Shown here: positions 18,460 to 26,449 of the stretch, one piece after another
How positions within the stretch are numbered: position 1 is the stretch's first letter
Layout: every line of letters begins with the position of its first letter
Assembly: GCA_964436735.1 (NCBI GenBank)
Contig: CAYTFM010000002.1
Coordinates: forward strand, 25,352-89,351
Origin: an uncultured Victivallales bacterium
GTDB lineage: Bacteria > Verrucomicrobiota > Lentisphaeria > Victivallales > GWF2-38-69
DNA length: 64,000 nt
Direction of reading: 5' to 3'
Notes under the pieces: generated by a model
Told to the model about the DNA's origin: nothing
Seen by the model: the letters and a program-made list of their open reading frames with translations, nothing else
The model's database searches: none
Made by a program: the position numbers and the translations under genes

Positions 18460-19172
18460 CAAAAACTATCGAAGTCGATTGCCGCGAGAATGCGGATGAC
18501 CTCCTGGCGGTGCTCACGGAGCGGTACGAGTTCGATATTATCGTCAAGCAGCTCAAAATTGGTGATTATCTGATCCATCCGGACACGCTTGTGGAAAGAA
18601 AGACGACCAAGGACTTCGCCGTCTCCATTATAGACGGACGCCTCTTCAACCAGGCGTACAGACTAACCGAGCTTGCGGAAAACTCGATTATCATCATAGA
18701 GGGGGAATCGTTCGCCGAGGCCGGACTCCCGATTCATAGCGTGAAAGGCGCCTTGATCTCCCTTGCGCAGACCTACAGAGTCCCTGTGCTCAGGACGCGG
18801 AATTACGAGGATACCGCCTGGCATTTCAATCAACTGTCTCTCCAAAGGGACCGTATCGGCAGCGGAAGAGGCGCGAAACGAGGTTACAAGCCAAAGCGTC
18901 TCGACAACCAGAAGAAGGCGGTGCTGAAATCGCTTCCCGGCATCGGCGAGAAGACCGCCGTCGCCCTTCTCGAGAAATTCGGCGGCGTGGCCGATGTCTT
19001 CGCCGCAAAGAGGGATGAACTGCTCGCCGTCCCTGGTATCGGCCACAAGACGGTTGATAAGATCAAAGACATCCTTAAAGAGGAACATGAGCGGTATAAT
19101 GGATGTGGAATATCTTCCCGCCTGGGAATGGATGCTGACGGTGGGGGGCGTGAATATGTTTGTGGCCAATAA
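18456..19172 (+). CDS. ERCC4-domain nuclease with tandem helix-hairpin-helix (short XPF/Mus81/Hef-like)
   Basis: The ERCC4 signature GDXn-ERKX3D is intact (IGDYLIHPDTLVERKTTKDF). The (HhH)2 is LKSLPGIGEKTAVALLEKFG and LLAVPGIGHKTVDKIKDIL. An ATGA overlap joins it to the preceding NTase gene. Confidence 0.8.
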   Translation: MTKTIEVDCRENADDLLAVLTERYEFDIIVKQLKIGDYLIHPDTLVERKTTKDFAVSIIDGRLFNQAYRLTELAENSIIIIEGESFAEAGLPIHSVKGALISLAQTYRVPVLRTRNYEDTAWHFNQLSLQRDRIGSGRGAKRGYKPKRLDNQKKAVLKSLPGIGEKTAVALLEKFGGVADVFAAKRDELLAVPGIGHKTVDKIKDILKEEHERYNGCGISSRLGMDADGGGREYVCGQ

Positions 19173-19184
19173 CGGTTTGATAAT

Positions 19185-20894
19185 ATGATACGCACTTTCA
19201 GGCAATTATCCGTTCTGTTCACACGAAGGGAAAAGCTTTTTTGTATCGGGCTGGTTGCGATGATGCTTGCGTCTGCAATAATGGAAATAGTTGGCATCGG
19301 CATGGTCATGCCTGTCATCGCCTTGCTCTCCAAACCTGAGCTTATCGAACAGAATAAGTATTTACGGCTGACAAAAGAGTTCATCGGGCCATCCTCCAGT
19401 GAAAGCTTCATTTTCAATTTATGCCTCGTTCTGATCGTGGTTTTCATTTTGAAGAATGCATTCCTAACTGTCCAGAACTACGTTCAAGCCCGTTTCATTT
19501 ACGCGAAAGGTGCCCGAATCGCTTCGCAACTATTCGACAACTACCTCCATGCACCATACAAGTTTCATTTGACGAACAACGCCGGACAACTCATGGGAAC
19601 ATTATCGCTTGCGAACAACGTCTGCCACGGTGTTCTTATCCCTCTGATGATCCTTCTCACGGAGGCGATTGTCGTTGTTTGCGTGCTCGCCATGCTGCTC
19701 ACCTTGGCCCCTTTGATGACATTATGCCTGGCCTGTGTTGTGCTTGCGATATCCGCTCTCGTATATTTCCCGTTCCGCTCGTTGAACAAATTGATTGGGG
19801 GACAATACACCAAAGAAATCCTTGAGTCCCACAAAATTGAGTTGCAGGGGCTGAAGGCTGTAAAGGAAAGCAAGTTGCGCAATGTGGAGGACTATTTCTC
19901 AGAGGAATATTCCAGGCATATGATAAGGCGCAACGAAGCCTCGGCGAATATTACTTTTATGGGCAATATGCCGCGATTCCTGATTGAGGCCCTTGTCGTC
20001 ACCCTCGGTATTGGAGCATTGGCGATTCTCGTCATTTCAGGAAAAACGCTTGGCTCAATAACCCTCATCCTGTCATTGTTCGCTGTTTCGTTAATACGGA
20101 TCATGCCGTCTATGAGTCGGATACAGTATAGCCTTACGACGATCCGACATCATCAGAACACATTCCAACCGCTGTATGACACACTTTTCTCTTTCGACAG
20201 GGAGGACAAGAAAGCCCAAAGAAGTGATTTGCCCTACAACAAGGAAATACGCATTGACGCAGTAAGTTTCAAATATGGGGAAGAATCTCCTGATATCTTT
20301 AAAAACTTCAGTTTGAATATCCCCAGAAACAGTTCGACAGCGTTTATCGGGCCGACTGGTTGTGGGAAAACCACGTTGGTTGACATTGTTCTCGGACTCT
20401 TGAAGCCCAATGAAGGAGCCATCAGGTGTGATGGGGTAAACATTGAAGAAAATCTCCCAATCTGGCAGAAACGTATTGGGTACGTTCCACAATTCATCTT
20501 CCTGCTCGATGACACCGTCAAGGCAAATGTCGCTTTTGGGCTGCCGCCGGACAAGATAGACGAAGATCGTGTGCGGGAATGTCTGCGGATGGCACAGATA
20601 CTTGATTTCATTGAAACGTTACCGAAGGGTGTAAACAATCTGGTTGGTGAGAACGGGATACGGCTGTCCGGAGGGCAGCGGCAACGGGTCGGCATCGCCA
20701 GAGCGCTCTACCACAACCCCGAAATTCTTGTCCTCGATGAGGCGACTTCCGCTTTGGACAACGATACAGAGAGGGCTTTTGTCGATGCGCTACAAACTCT
20801 TAAAGGAACGCTTACTATTCTCATGGTCGCGCACCGAATGAGTACCGTTCAGAACTGCGACAGCATCGTCACAATTGGGCAATCAAAAGTTTGA
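19185..20894 (+). CDS. ABC transporter, fused permease/ATPase, PglK/WlaB-like lipid-linked oligosaccharide flippase
   Basis: The 569-aa product has Walker A GPTGCGKTT, signature LSGGQRQR and Walker B ILVLDEATSALD. The N-terminal and TM regions parallel C. jejuni PglK: MPVIALLSKPELIEQNKYL vs MPFITLASDFSYFDRNKYL, LIRIMPSMSRI vs LYRLMPSANRI, and LVDIVLGLLKPNEGAI vs LVDLIIGLLKPKEGQI (PglK recalled from memory). Confidence 0.8.
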   Translation: MIRTFRQLSVLFTRREKLFCIGLVAMMLASAIMEIVGIGMVMPVIALLSKPELIEQNKYLRLTKEFIGPSSSESFIFNLCLVLIVVFILKNAFLTVQNYVQARFIYAKGARIASQLFDNYLHAPYKFHLTNNAGQLMGTLSLANNVCHGVLIPLMILLTEAIVVVCVLAMLLTLAPLMTLCLACVVLAISALVYFPFRSLNKLIGGQYTKEILESHKIELQGLKAVKESKLRNVEDYFSEEYSRHMIRRNEASANITFMGNMPRFLIEALVVTLGIGALAILVISGKTLGSITLILSLFAVSLIRIMPSMSRIQYSLTTIRHHQNTFQPLYDTLFSFDREDKKAQRSDLPYNKEIRIDAVSFKYGEESPDIFKNFSLNIPRNSSTAFIGPTGCGKTTLVDIVLGLLKPNEGAIRCDGVNIEENLPIWQKRIGYVPQFIFLLDDTVKANVAFGLPPDKIDEDRVRECLRMAQILDFIETLPKGVNNLVGENGIRLSGGQRQRVGIARALYHNPEILVLDEATSALDNDTERAFVDALQTLKGTLTILMVAHRMSTVQNCDSIVTIGQSKV

Positions 20895-20909
20895 GTAGCG
20901 AGGCGTAAC

Positions 20910-21923
20910 ATGCGAAAACATGCGTTAATCACTGGCGTCACTGGGATGGTGGGCAGCCATCTTGCAGATTTTCTACTTGCCAATACCGATTGGAATGTGT
21001 TCGGTATGTGCCGGTGGCGCAGTCCCTTGGACAATGTTGAACACCTTCTTGACAGGGCCAACCGCAAAGACAGGCTGCATTTCGTGGATGGAGATCTTTG
21101 TGACTACCTTTCCCTCCAGAGGGTGGTTGCGGAAACGAGGCCTGATTATGTGTTCCACCTGGCGGCACAGAGCTATCCGAAAACAAGCTTCACTTCACCT
21201 TTGCAGACATATGATGTGAACATACTTGGAACAGAACGACTTCTGGAAGCGTTAAGATTTTGCGAAGGCATCGATCCGCTGATACATGTGTGTTCATCCT
21301 CGGAAGTTTTCGGCAGAGTGCCCCGTGAGAAGCTTCCGATAAATGAGGACTGTTCTTTTCATCCTGCATCCCCCTATTCGATCTCGAAGATCGGAACAGA
21401 TCTCATCGGACGCTTTCATGCGGAAGCATATGGACAGAAAGTGATGATCACACGGATGTTCACTCATACCGGACCACGTCGCGGAGACGTGTTCGTAGAG
21501 TCTACGTTTGCTAAGCAGATAGCGATGATTGAGGCGGGGCTTTTGCCTGCGGTGGTCAAGGTGGGGAACCTTGAGTCCCTGCGGACATGGGCGGATGTCC
21601 GCGACGCGGTGCGTGCATACCACATGCTCCTGACGGTCAACCCTATGCCTGGCGAGGTCTACAATATTGGAGGCAGCCATACGTGCTCAGTCAGGCAGAT
21701 GCTGGAATTTCTAGTTTCCTGCTCGATGCGGAAAGACATCGCTGTCGAGGTGGATCCCGAGCGCCTTCGTCCTCTCGACGCCGATCTGCAGGTCCCCGAC
21801 CTCCGCAAATTCAAAGAGCACACAGGATGGGAGCCGCACATTCCCTTTGAGACGACGATGCGCGACCTGCTTGACTATTGGCGGAACAGAATCCAGTCAG
21901 GGAAAAACTTTCTTCTGCGATAA
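20910..21923 (+). CDS. GDP-mannose 4,6-dehydratase family SDR (candidate GDP-heptose 4,6-dehydratase, DmhA/WcbK-like)
   Basis: ALITGVTGMVGSHLADFLL is the Rossmann motif. SPYSISK is the YxxxK. MFTHTGPRRGDVFVE is the GMD-type GPRRG motif. Confidence 0.75.
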   Translation: MRKHALITGVTGMVGSHLADFLLANTDWNVFGMCRWRSPLDNVEHLLDRANRKDRLHFVDGDLCDYLSLQRVVAETRPDYVFHLAAQSYPKTSFTSPLQTYDVNILGTERLLEALRFCEGIDPLIHVCSSSEVFGRVPREKLPINEDCSFHPASPYSISKIGTDLIGRFHAEAYGQKVMITRMFTHTGPRRGDVFVESTFAKQIAMIEAGLLPAVVKVGNLESLRTWADVRDAVRAYHMLLTVNPMPGEVYNIGGSHTCSVRQMLEFLVSCSMRKDIAVEVDPERLRPLDADLQVPDLRKFKEHTGWEPHIPFETTMRDLLDYWRNRIQSGKNFLLR

Positions 21924-21993
21924 TGCTCCATCCCCTCTGAGAGGGTGGAAAATGCAAAACTAAAAGGGTACAAATTGAGAAAAAAGAGGAACC

Positions 21994-22803
21994 ATGTCTG
22001 ACACAATCACATTATTGACCAAAAAATCAAAAGATGTATTTAGAGAGACCCTGCTGTTGCACAAGAGGGCTCCCTCAACCCGTATTGCGTCCGCCTTATC
22101 GACGGTCGAAGTGTTCACCGTTCTCGCCTATGGCGGGTTCTTCGACATCACCAGCAAGAAAGACAGATTCATAATAAGTAAAGCGCATGGATGCTTTTCC
22201 CTCTATCCAATTCTTGCGGATATGGGGATTTTCAGTAAGGATGAGTTAGTCAACATCGGGCGGGAAGGGGCGCTTTTGGGAACGATTCCTGACTGTAATG
22301 TGCCAGGAATCATCAACAACGGAGGCGCTCTCGCCAACGGTTTGGGGCTGGCCTGCGGAATCGCTCTTGCGATGAAACGCAAGGAGCGACCTGACAACGT
22401 GTGCGTGTTTCAAGGTGATGGAGAGTGCAACGAAGGAGCTTTTTGGGAAGCCATGATTTTTGCGGCATTCCATCGCTTAGACAATATCGTGCTTATCATC
22501 GATGACAACAAACTTTCAATGCTTGGCCGTCAGGAGGAGATACTTGGGCTCAATCCGATGGACAAGAAGTTTCGCGCGTTGGGGTGGAATGCTCAAACTA
22601 TAGACGGTCATAATATAAAGGCCCTCTATACGAAATTGAAGGAGTTAATCCCAGCACGTCGTGAAAAGCCTAAAGTACTGATCGCCAATACGGTAAAAGG
22701 GAAAGGTATCCCTGCGCTTGAGGGTAATCCGCTGTGTCATATTGTGTCGATGACGGCGGCGGAGGTAGATAATGCGATATCCAAGATGGGAGTATCTCAA
22801 TGA
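21994..22803 (+). CDS. Transketolase, N-terminal (ThDP pyrophosphate-binding) subunit, pair 1
   Basis: SKAHGCFSLYPILADMG is present. The ThDP-Mg motif is GDGECNEGAFWEA. LIIDDNKLSM is present. The 269-aa length is typical of split transketolases. Confidence 0.85.
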   Translation: MSDTITLLTKKSKDVFRETLLLHKRAPSTRIASALSTVEVFTVLAYGGFFDITSKKDRFIISKAHGCFSLYPILADMGIFSKDELVNIGREGALLGTIPDCNVPGIINNGGALANGLGLACGIALAMKRKERPDNVCVFQGDGECNEGAFWEAMIFAAFHRLDNIVLIIDDNKLSMLGRQEEILGLNPMDKKFRALGWNAQTIDGHNIKALYTKLKELIPARREKPKVLIANTVKGKGIPALEGNPLCHIVSMTAAEVDNAISKMGVSQ

Positions 22804-23717
22804 AATATATGCGTGACAGTTTTTTGGACTGCGTCTTCCAAGAGATGGGCGTCAGGAATGATACGTTTGTGCTGTCTGCCGATGTGGGAGCCCCAGCACT
22901 GGACAAGATCCGAACTCAATATCCGTCAAGATTCATAAACACAGGAATAGCTGAGCAGAATACTATTAACGTGGCGGTGGGACTTGCGCTTGAAGGTTTT
23001 CACGTCTATGTCTATGGTATTGCCACATTTTTTCTTCGGGCTGTTGATCAAATCCGGAATTCATTGCTGTTGACTCATCAACATACTCCCCTTCGCGTCA
23101 CTATTCTTGCGACTGGCAGAGGGATAAGCTATGAGACAGCCGGACCCACTCATCATTGTCTGGAAGACCTCCCAACATTCAGCGCATTTCCTGGTATTGA
23201 ATTATATGTGCCATCCGACGCTCTCATGGCTGGCGCGATGGCCAAGTGGATTTCAGGCAAAGGTGTGCGATATGTGTGTTGTGACGGGAAAAAGGTCCCG
23301 TCCATCTACCAAGATGGTCATCAGTTCGATTTCTCTGACGGATTCGTTGTCAGACGCGGCGGTGCGAAGTCGTGCATAGTTTCTCTTGGAGGTATGCTTG
23401 CCCTTGCCGAGGAGGTGACAGCGTTTATGCGGTCAAAAGGAATTGACGTCGGGGTGATCGATTTATTTGCTCCAACTGAGTTCAATAAAGAAAAGTTGCT
23501 GCTCGCACTTCAGACATATAAAAGTGTTGTTACCCTTGATGAGGGATACCGAGAGGAGGGCATTTTGGCCGTCCAACTCCAAAATCTACTTTTCGGAACG
23601 GGTGTCACGTTGCATAAATTCGGTTTTGAAAGAAAATATATTTTTGAGCCAGGCCCCCGTGAAATGCATTATAAAAATGCGGGAATAACTATTGACAACA
23701 TTGTGACGGCTCTGTAA
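22800..23717 (+). CDS. Transketolase, C-terminal (pyrimidine-binding) subunit, pair 1
   Basis: FINTGIAEQNTINVAVGLALEGFHVYV and GPTHHCLEDLPTFSAFPGIELYVPSD are present. An ATGA overlap joins it to the N-terminal subunit. Confidence 0.85.
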   Translation: MKYMRDSFLDCVFQEMGVRNDTFVLSADVGAPALDKIRTQYPSRFINTGIAEQNTINVAVGLALEGFHVYVYGIATFFLRAVDQIRNSLLLTHQHTPLRVTILATGRGISYETAGPTHHCLEDLPTFSAFPGIELYVPSDALMAGAMAKWISGKGVRYVCCDGKKVPSIYQDGHQFDFSDGFVVRRGGAKSCIVSLGGMLALAEEVTAFMRSKGIDVGVIDLFAPTEFNKEKLLLALQTYKSVVTLDEGYREEGILAVQLQNLLFGTGVTLHKFGFERKYIFEPGPREMHYKNAGITIDNIVTAL

Positions 23718-23777
23718 TCCCCCGAAGGGATCGTTCCATTTCCGCGTTCGAAGTTCACTCATTTATGGGCACCATTG

Positions 23778-24605
23778 ATGCACAACCAGTTTGAACAACT
23801 TGCGGCTGAAACAAGGCTAAGGATCTTTCAGGCCATTATGGCCGCTGGCAAAGGCCATATCGGTGGGGCATTATCCTGTGTCGACATCCTGGTTGCCCTC
23901 TATGACGGAGGCATCATGAACATCACCCCTCAAACACTCAAGGATCCCTGTCGAGACCGTTTTATAATGAGCAAGGGGCATGCGGGGGTTGCCTTATACT
24001 GTGTATTGTCGCGGAATGGTTTTTTCGCTGATTCGGAGATTGATTCCATGGGCCGAGGCGGATCAATGCTCGGTGAGCATCCCGATCACTTCATTCCTGG
24101 CGTCGAGGTTTCGAGTGGTTCATTGGGGCATGGTTTGGCTATTGGTGCAGGGATAGCCAAGGCTGCGAAACTCGACGGCCTCCCCTACCGTACTTTTGTG
24201 CTGATGGGTGATGGGGAGTGCCATGAAGGTAGTGTGTGGGAAGCCGCCATGGTGGCTGCCCACCACCGACTCGACAACCTCGTCGCCATAGTTGACCGCA
24301 ATGGACAAATCACCCTGGACTACACCGAAGACTGTCTTGCGTTGGAGCCATTAGACGCAAAATTCTCCGCATTTGGGTGGCAGGTCATTCAGGTTGACGG
24401 GCATGACATGAATGCTTTACTGGAAAGCCTTGCGGCGGCGAAGTCTGCCAATGCCGGTAAGCCGATTGCGATCATTGCAAAAACGATTAAGGGAAAGGGT
24501 GTCAGTTTTATGGAAGGATCGTTGAAGTGGCACCATGGCATGCCATCGCAGGGCGAGGGCAAATTCATTTTTGATGAACTCACCAAACAAACGAAAATAT
24601 TATGA
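23778..24605 (+). CDS. Transketolase, N-terminal subunit, pair 2
   Basis: GHIGGALSCVDILVALY, SKGHAGVALY, GDGECHEGSVWEA and IVDRNGQ are present. It is a paralogue of 21994-22803. Confidence 0.85.
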   Translation: MHNQFEQLAAETRLRIFQAIMAAGKGHIGGALSCVDILVALYDGGIMNITPQTLKDPCRDRFIMSKGHAGVALYCVLSRNGFFADSEIDSMGRGGSMLGEHPDHFIPGVEVSSGSLGHGLAIGAGIAKAAKLDGLPYRTFVLMGDGECHEGSVWEAAMVAAHHRLDNLVAIVDRNGQITLDYTEDCLALEPLDAKFSAFGWQVIQVDGHDMNALLESLAAAKSANAGKPIAIIAKTIKGKGVSFMEGSLKWHHGMPSQGEGKFIFDELTKQTKIL

Positions 24606-25600
24606 TGTGCGACACTGATACTCCTCAGAAAGCATATGATCTCCGCGATGCAGTGTTCGAAACGTTTCATGAACTCGCACGGGCTGATTGCAATTTGCTG
24701 TTCCTGACGGCCGACATGGGGGCGTGGAGTCTTTCGGAATTTAGAAAAGAGCTGCCTGGGCAATTTTTCAATGTCGGTATTGCCGAACAGACAATGATTG
24801 GCATGGCTGCCGGACTTGCGCACTCAGGGAAAAAGGTGGTCGTCTATGCGATCGCCCCATTTCTCGCCTTGCGGTGTCTCGAACATATCAAAATTGATTT
24901 ATGCCTGATGAATCTTCCCGTCACTGTTATTGGAGGAGGAGCGGGCGTGGCCTATGCGGGGGACGGGCCGACGCATTACGCGCTAGACGATTTGGCCGGT
25001 TTGATGGCTCTACCCGGTCTACGGATCTTCAATCCTGCTGATCCAGTCACAGCCCAGTCTGTCGCCCGAAGTGCCTACTGGGGTGGCGGCCCTTGCTATA
25101 TTCGTCTGGACAAGGGAGCATTCCCTCCCCTCGTCTCGCCCGAGTCCATCTCGCCCACTGGCTTCAGCACCTTGGCAAAAGGCGAGGGCTTGCTTCTGAT
25201 TGGCACAGGCACGTTGTCGCATGAATTGAAGTCTGTGTGCGCCGATTTAGCGAGTATGGGGATAGACACCAGCCTCCTGGACGTCTGGCAGCTTAAACCT
25301 CTTCCATTGACGCAACTCGTCGAACTCTGCAGAAAGTCGAAAGCGGTTGCCGTCGTAGAGGAGCACGTCTTTGCCGGTAGCTTGGCCGCTAACCTTGCCT
25401 GCGCCCTACTGGAGGCCGGTGTTAACGTCACGTACCTCCCCCTCTGCGCTGAAAGCTCCCTGGCTTTCAAATATGGGAACAGGGACTTCCTGCGTAGTCT
25501 GCTTGGCTTGGACATCAAAGCACTCCCATTAAAACTCAGTGAGTGGTTTCGCTCCGCCGCAGATCAGGTGGGCAACATCAAGCGGGCTTCAGCGATTTAA
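24602..25600 (+). CDS. Transketolase, C-terminal subunit, pair 2
   Basis: FFNVGIAEQTMIGMAAGLAHSGKKVVVYA and GPTHYALDDLAGLMALPGLRIFNPAD are present. It overlaps the N-terminal subunit stop. Confidence 0.85.
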   Translation: MMCDTDTPQKAYDLRDAVFETFHELARADCNLLFLTADMGAWSLSEFRKELPGQFFNVGIAEQTMIGMAAGLAHSGKKVVVYAIAPFLALRCLEHIKIDLCLMNLPVTVIGGGAGVAYAGDGPTHYALDDLAGLMALPGLRIFNPADPVTAQSVARSAYWGGGPCYIRLDKGAFPPLVSPESISPTGFSTLAKGEGLLLIGTGTLSHELKSVCADLASMGIDTSLLDVWQLKPLPLTQLVELCRKSKAVAVVEEHVFAGSLAANLACALLEAGVNVTYLPLCAESSLAFKYGNRDFLRSLLGLDIKALPLKLSEWFRSAADQVGNIKRASAI

Positions 25601-25659
25601 GGGGCGGCATTTTTCTGGAAATTCACAAAGTCATTACATTTGATTAAGGGGGACACTCT

Positions 25660-26421
25660 ATGACAGGCGCATCGAAACTGGGTGATGTCTCATACGAAAG
25701 CACACTTGAGCAAGAAGTTCGGCTTCAAATGGAGGCACTGTACAAGAATTGCCCCATACCTGATGATGAGATCATGAAAAATCTTGGGCTTTTTATAAAT
25801 TCTAAGAATCTTGCTCGTCTTCTTTTTTTCAACCATATTTACCAACAAATCATCGAAGTCCCCGGGGTGGTCTGCGAATTTGGTACTCGTTGGGGCCAGA
25901 ACCTGACTATGCTTGCCGCTCTCCGTGGCCTCTATGAACCTTTCAATCGGCACAGGAAACTTGTTGGCTTTGACACATTCGAGGGGTTTCCACAAGTTGA
26001 CGCAAAAGATGGGAATAGTGCGTTGATGAAAGCTGGAATGCTTTCAACAACGGCTTGTTATCATGAGTATCTGGAAGCACTCATCAAGTGCCACGAATTG
26101 TGCAATCCGCTGAGCCATATAAAAAAATTCGAAATAGTCAAAGGGAATGCCATAATAGAATGCCCGCAGTACATAGCGCGTCACCCCGAGACAATTATTG
26201 CATTTGCGTATTTTGACTTCGACATTTACGAGCCGACGAAAAAGTGTCTTGAGATCATCCGCCCCAGGCTTGTCAAAGGCAGTGTTGTGGGTTTTGATGA
26301 ATTGAATGATCCCGACTCCCCTGGAGAGACCTTGGCGCTTATGGAGGTGATTGGGTTGCCAAACATCCGGTTGCGACGGTTCCCCATCACGTCACGAGTC
26401 TCGTACTTCGTTGTAGAATAA
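25660..26421 (+). CDS. TylF/MycF (macrocin O-methyltransferase) family class I SAM methyltransferase
   Basis: PGVVCEFGTRWGQNLTMLAALR...LVGFDTFEGFP...AYFDFDIYEPT...LVKGSVVGFDE matches the TylF family pattern. Confidence 0.75.
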   Translation: MTGASKLGDVSYESTLEQEVRLQMEALYKNCPIPDDEIMKNLGLFINSKNLARLLFFNHIYQQIIEVPGVVCEFGTRWGQNLTMLAALRGLYEPFNRHRKLVGFDTFEGFPQVDAKDGNSALMKAGMLSTTACYHEYLEALIKCHELCNPLSHIKKFEIVKGNAIIECPQYIARHPETIIAFAYFDFDIYEPTKKCLEIIRPRLVKGSVVGFDELNDPDSPGETLALMEVIGLPNIRLRRFPITSRVSYFVVE

Positions 26422-26449
26422 GCCTCTACCTGTGGCAAAGGTGGATACC

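Noticed and set aside
15769-19172. The islet might be a bounded mobile element (IS, integron cassette or prophage remnant).
   Set aside because: I could recognise no transposase, integrase, recombinase, tRNA target, terminal inverted repeats or flanking direct repeats.
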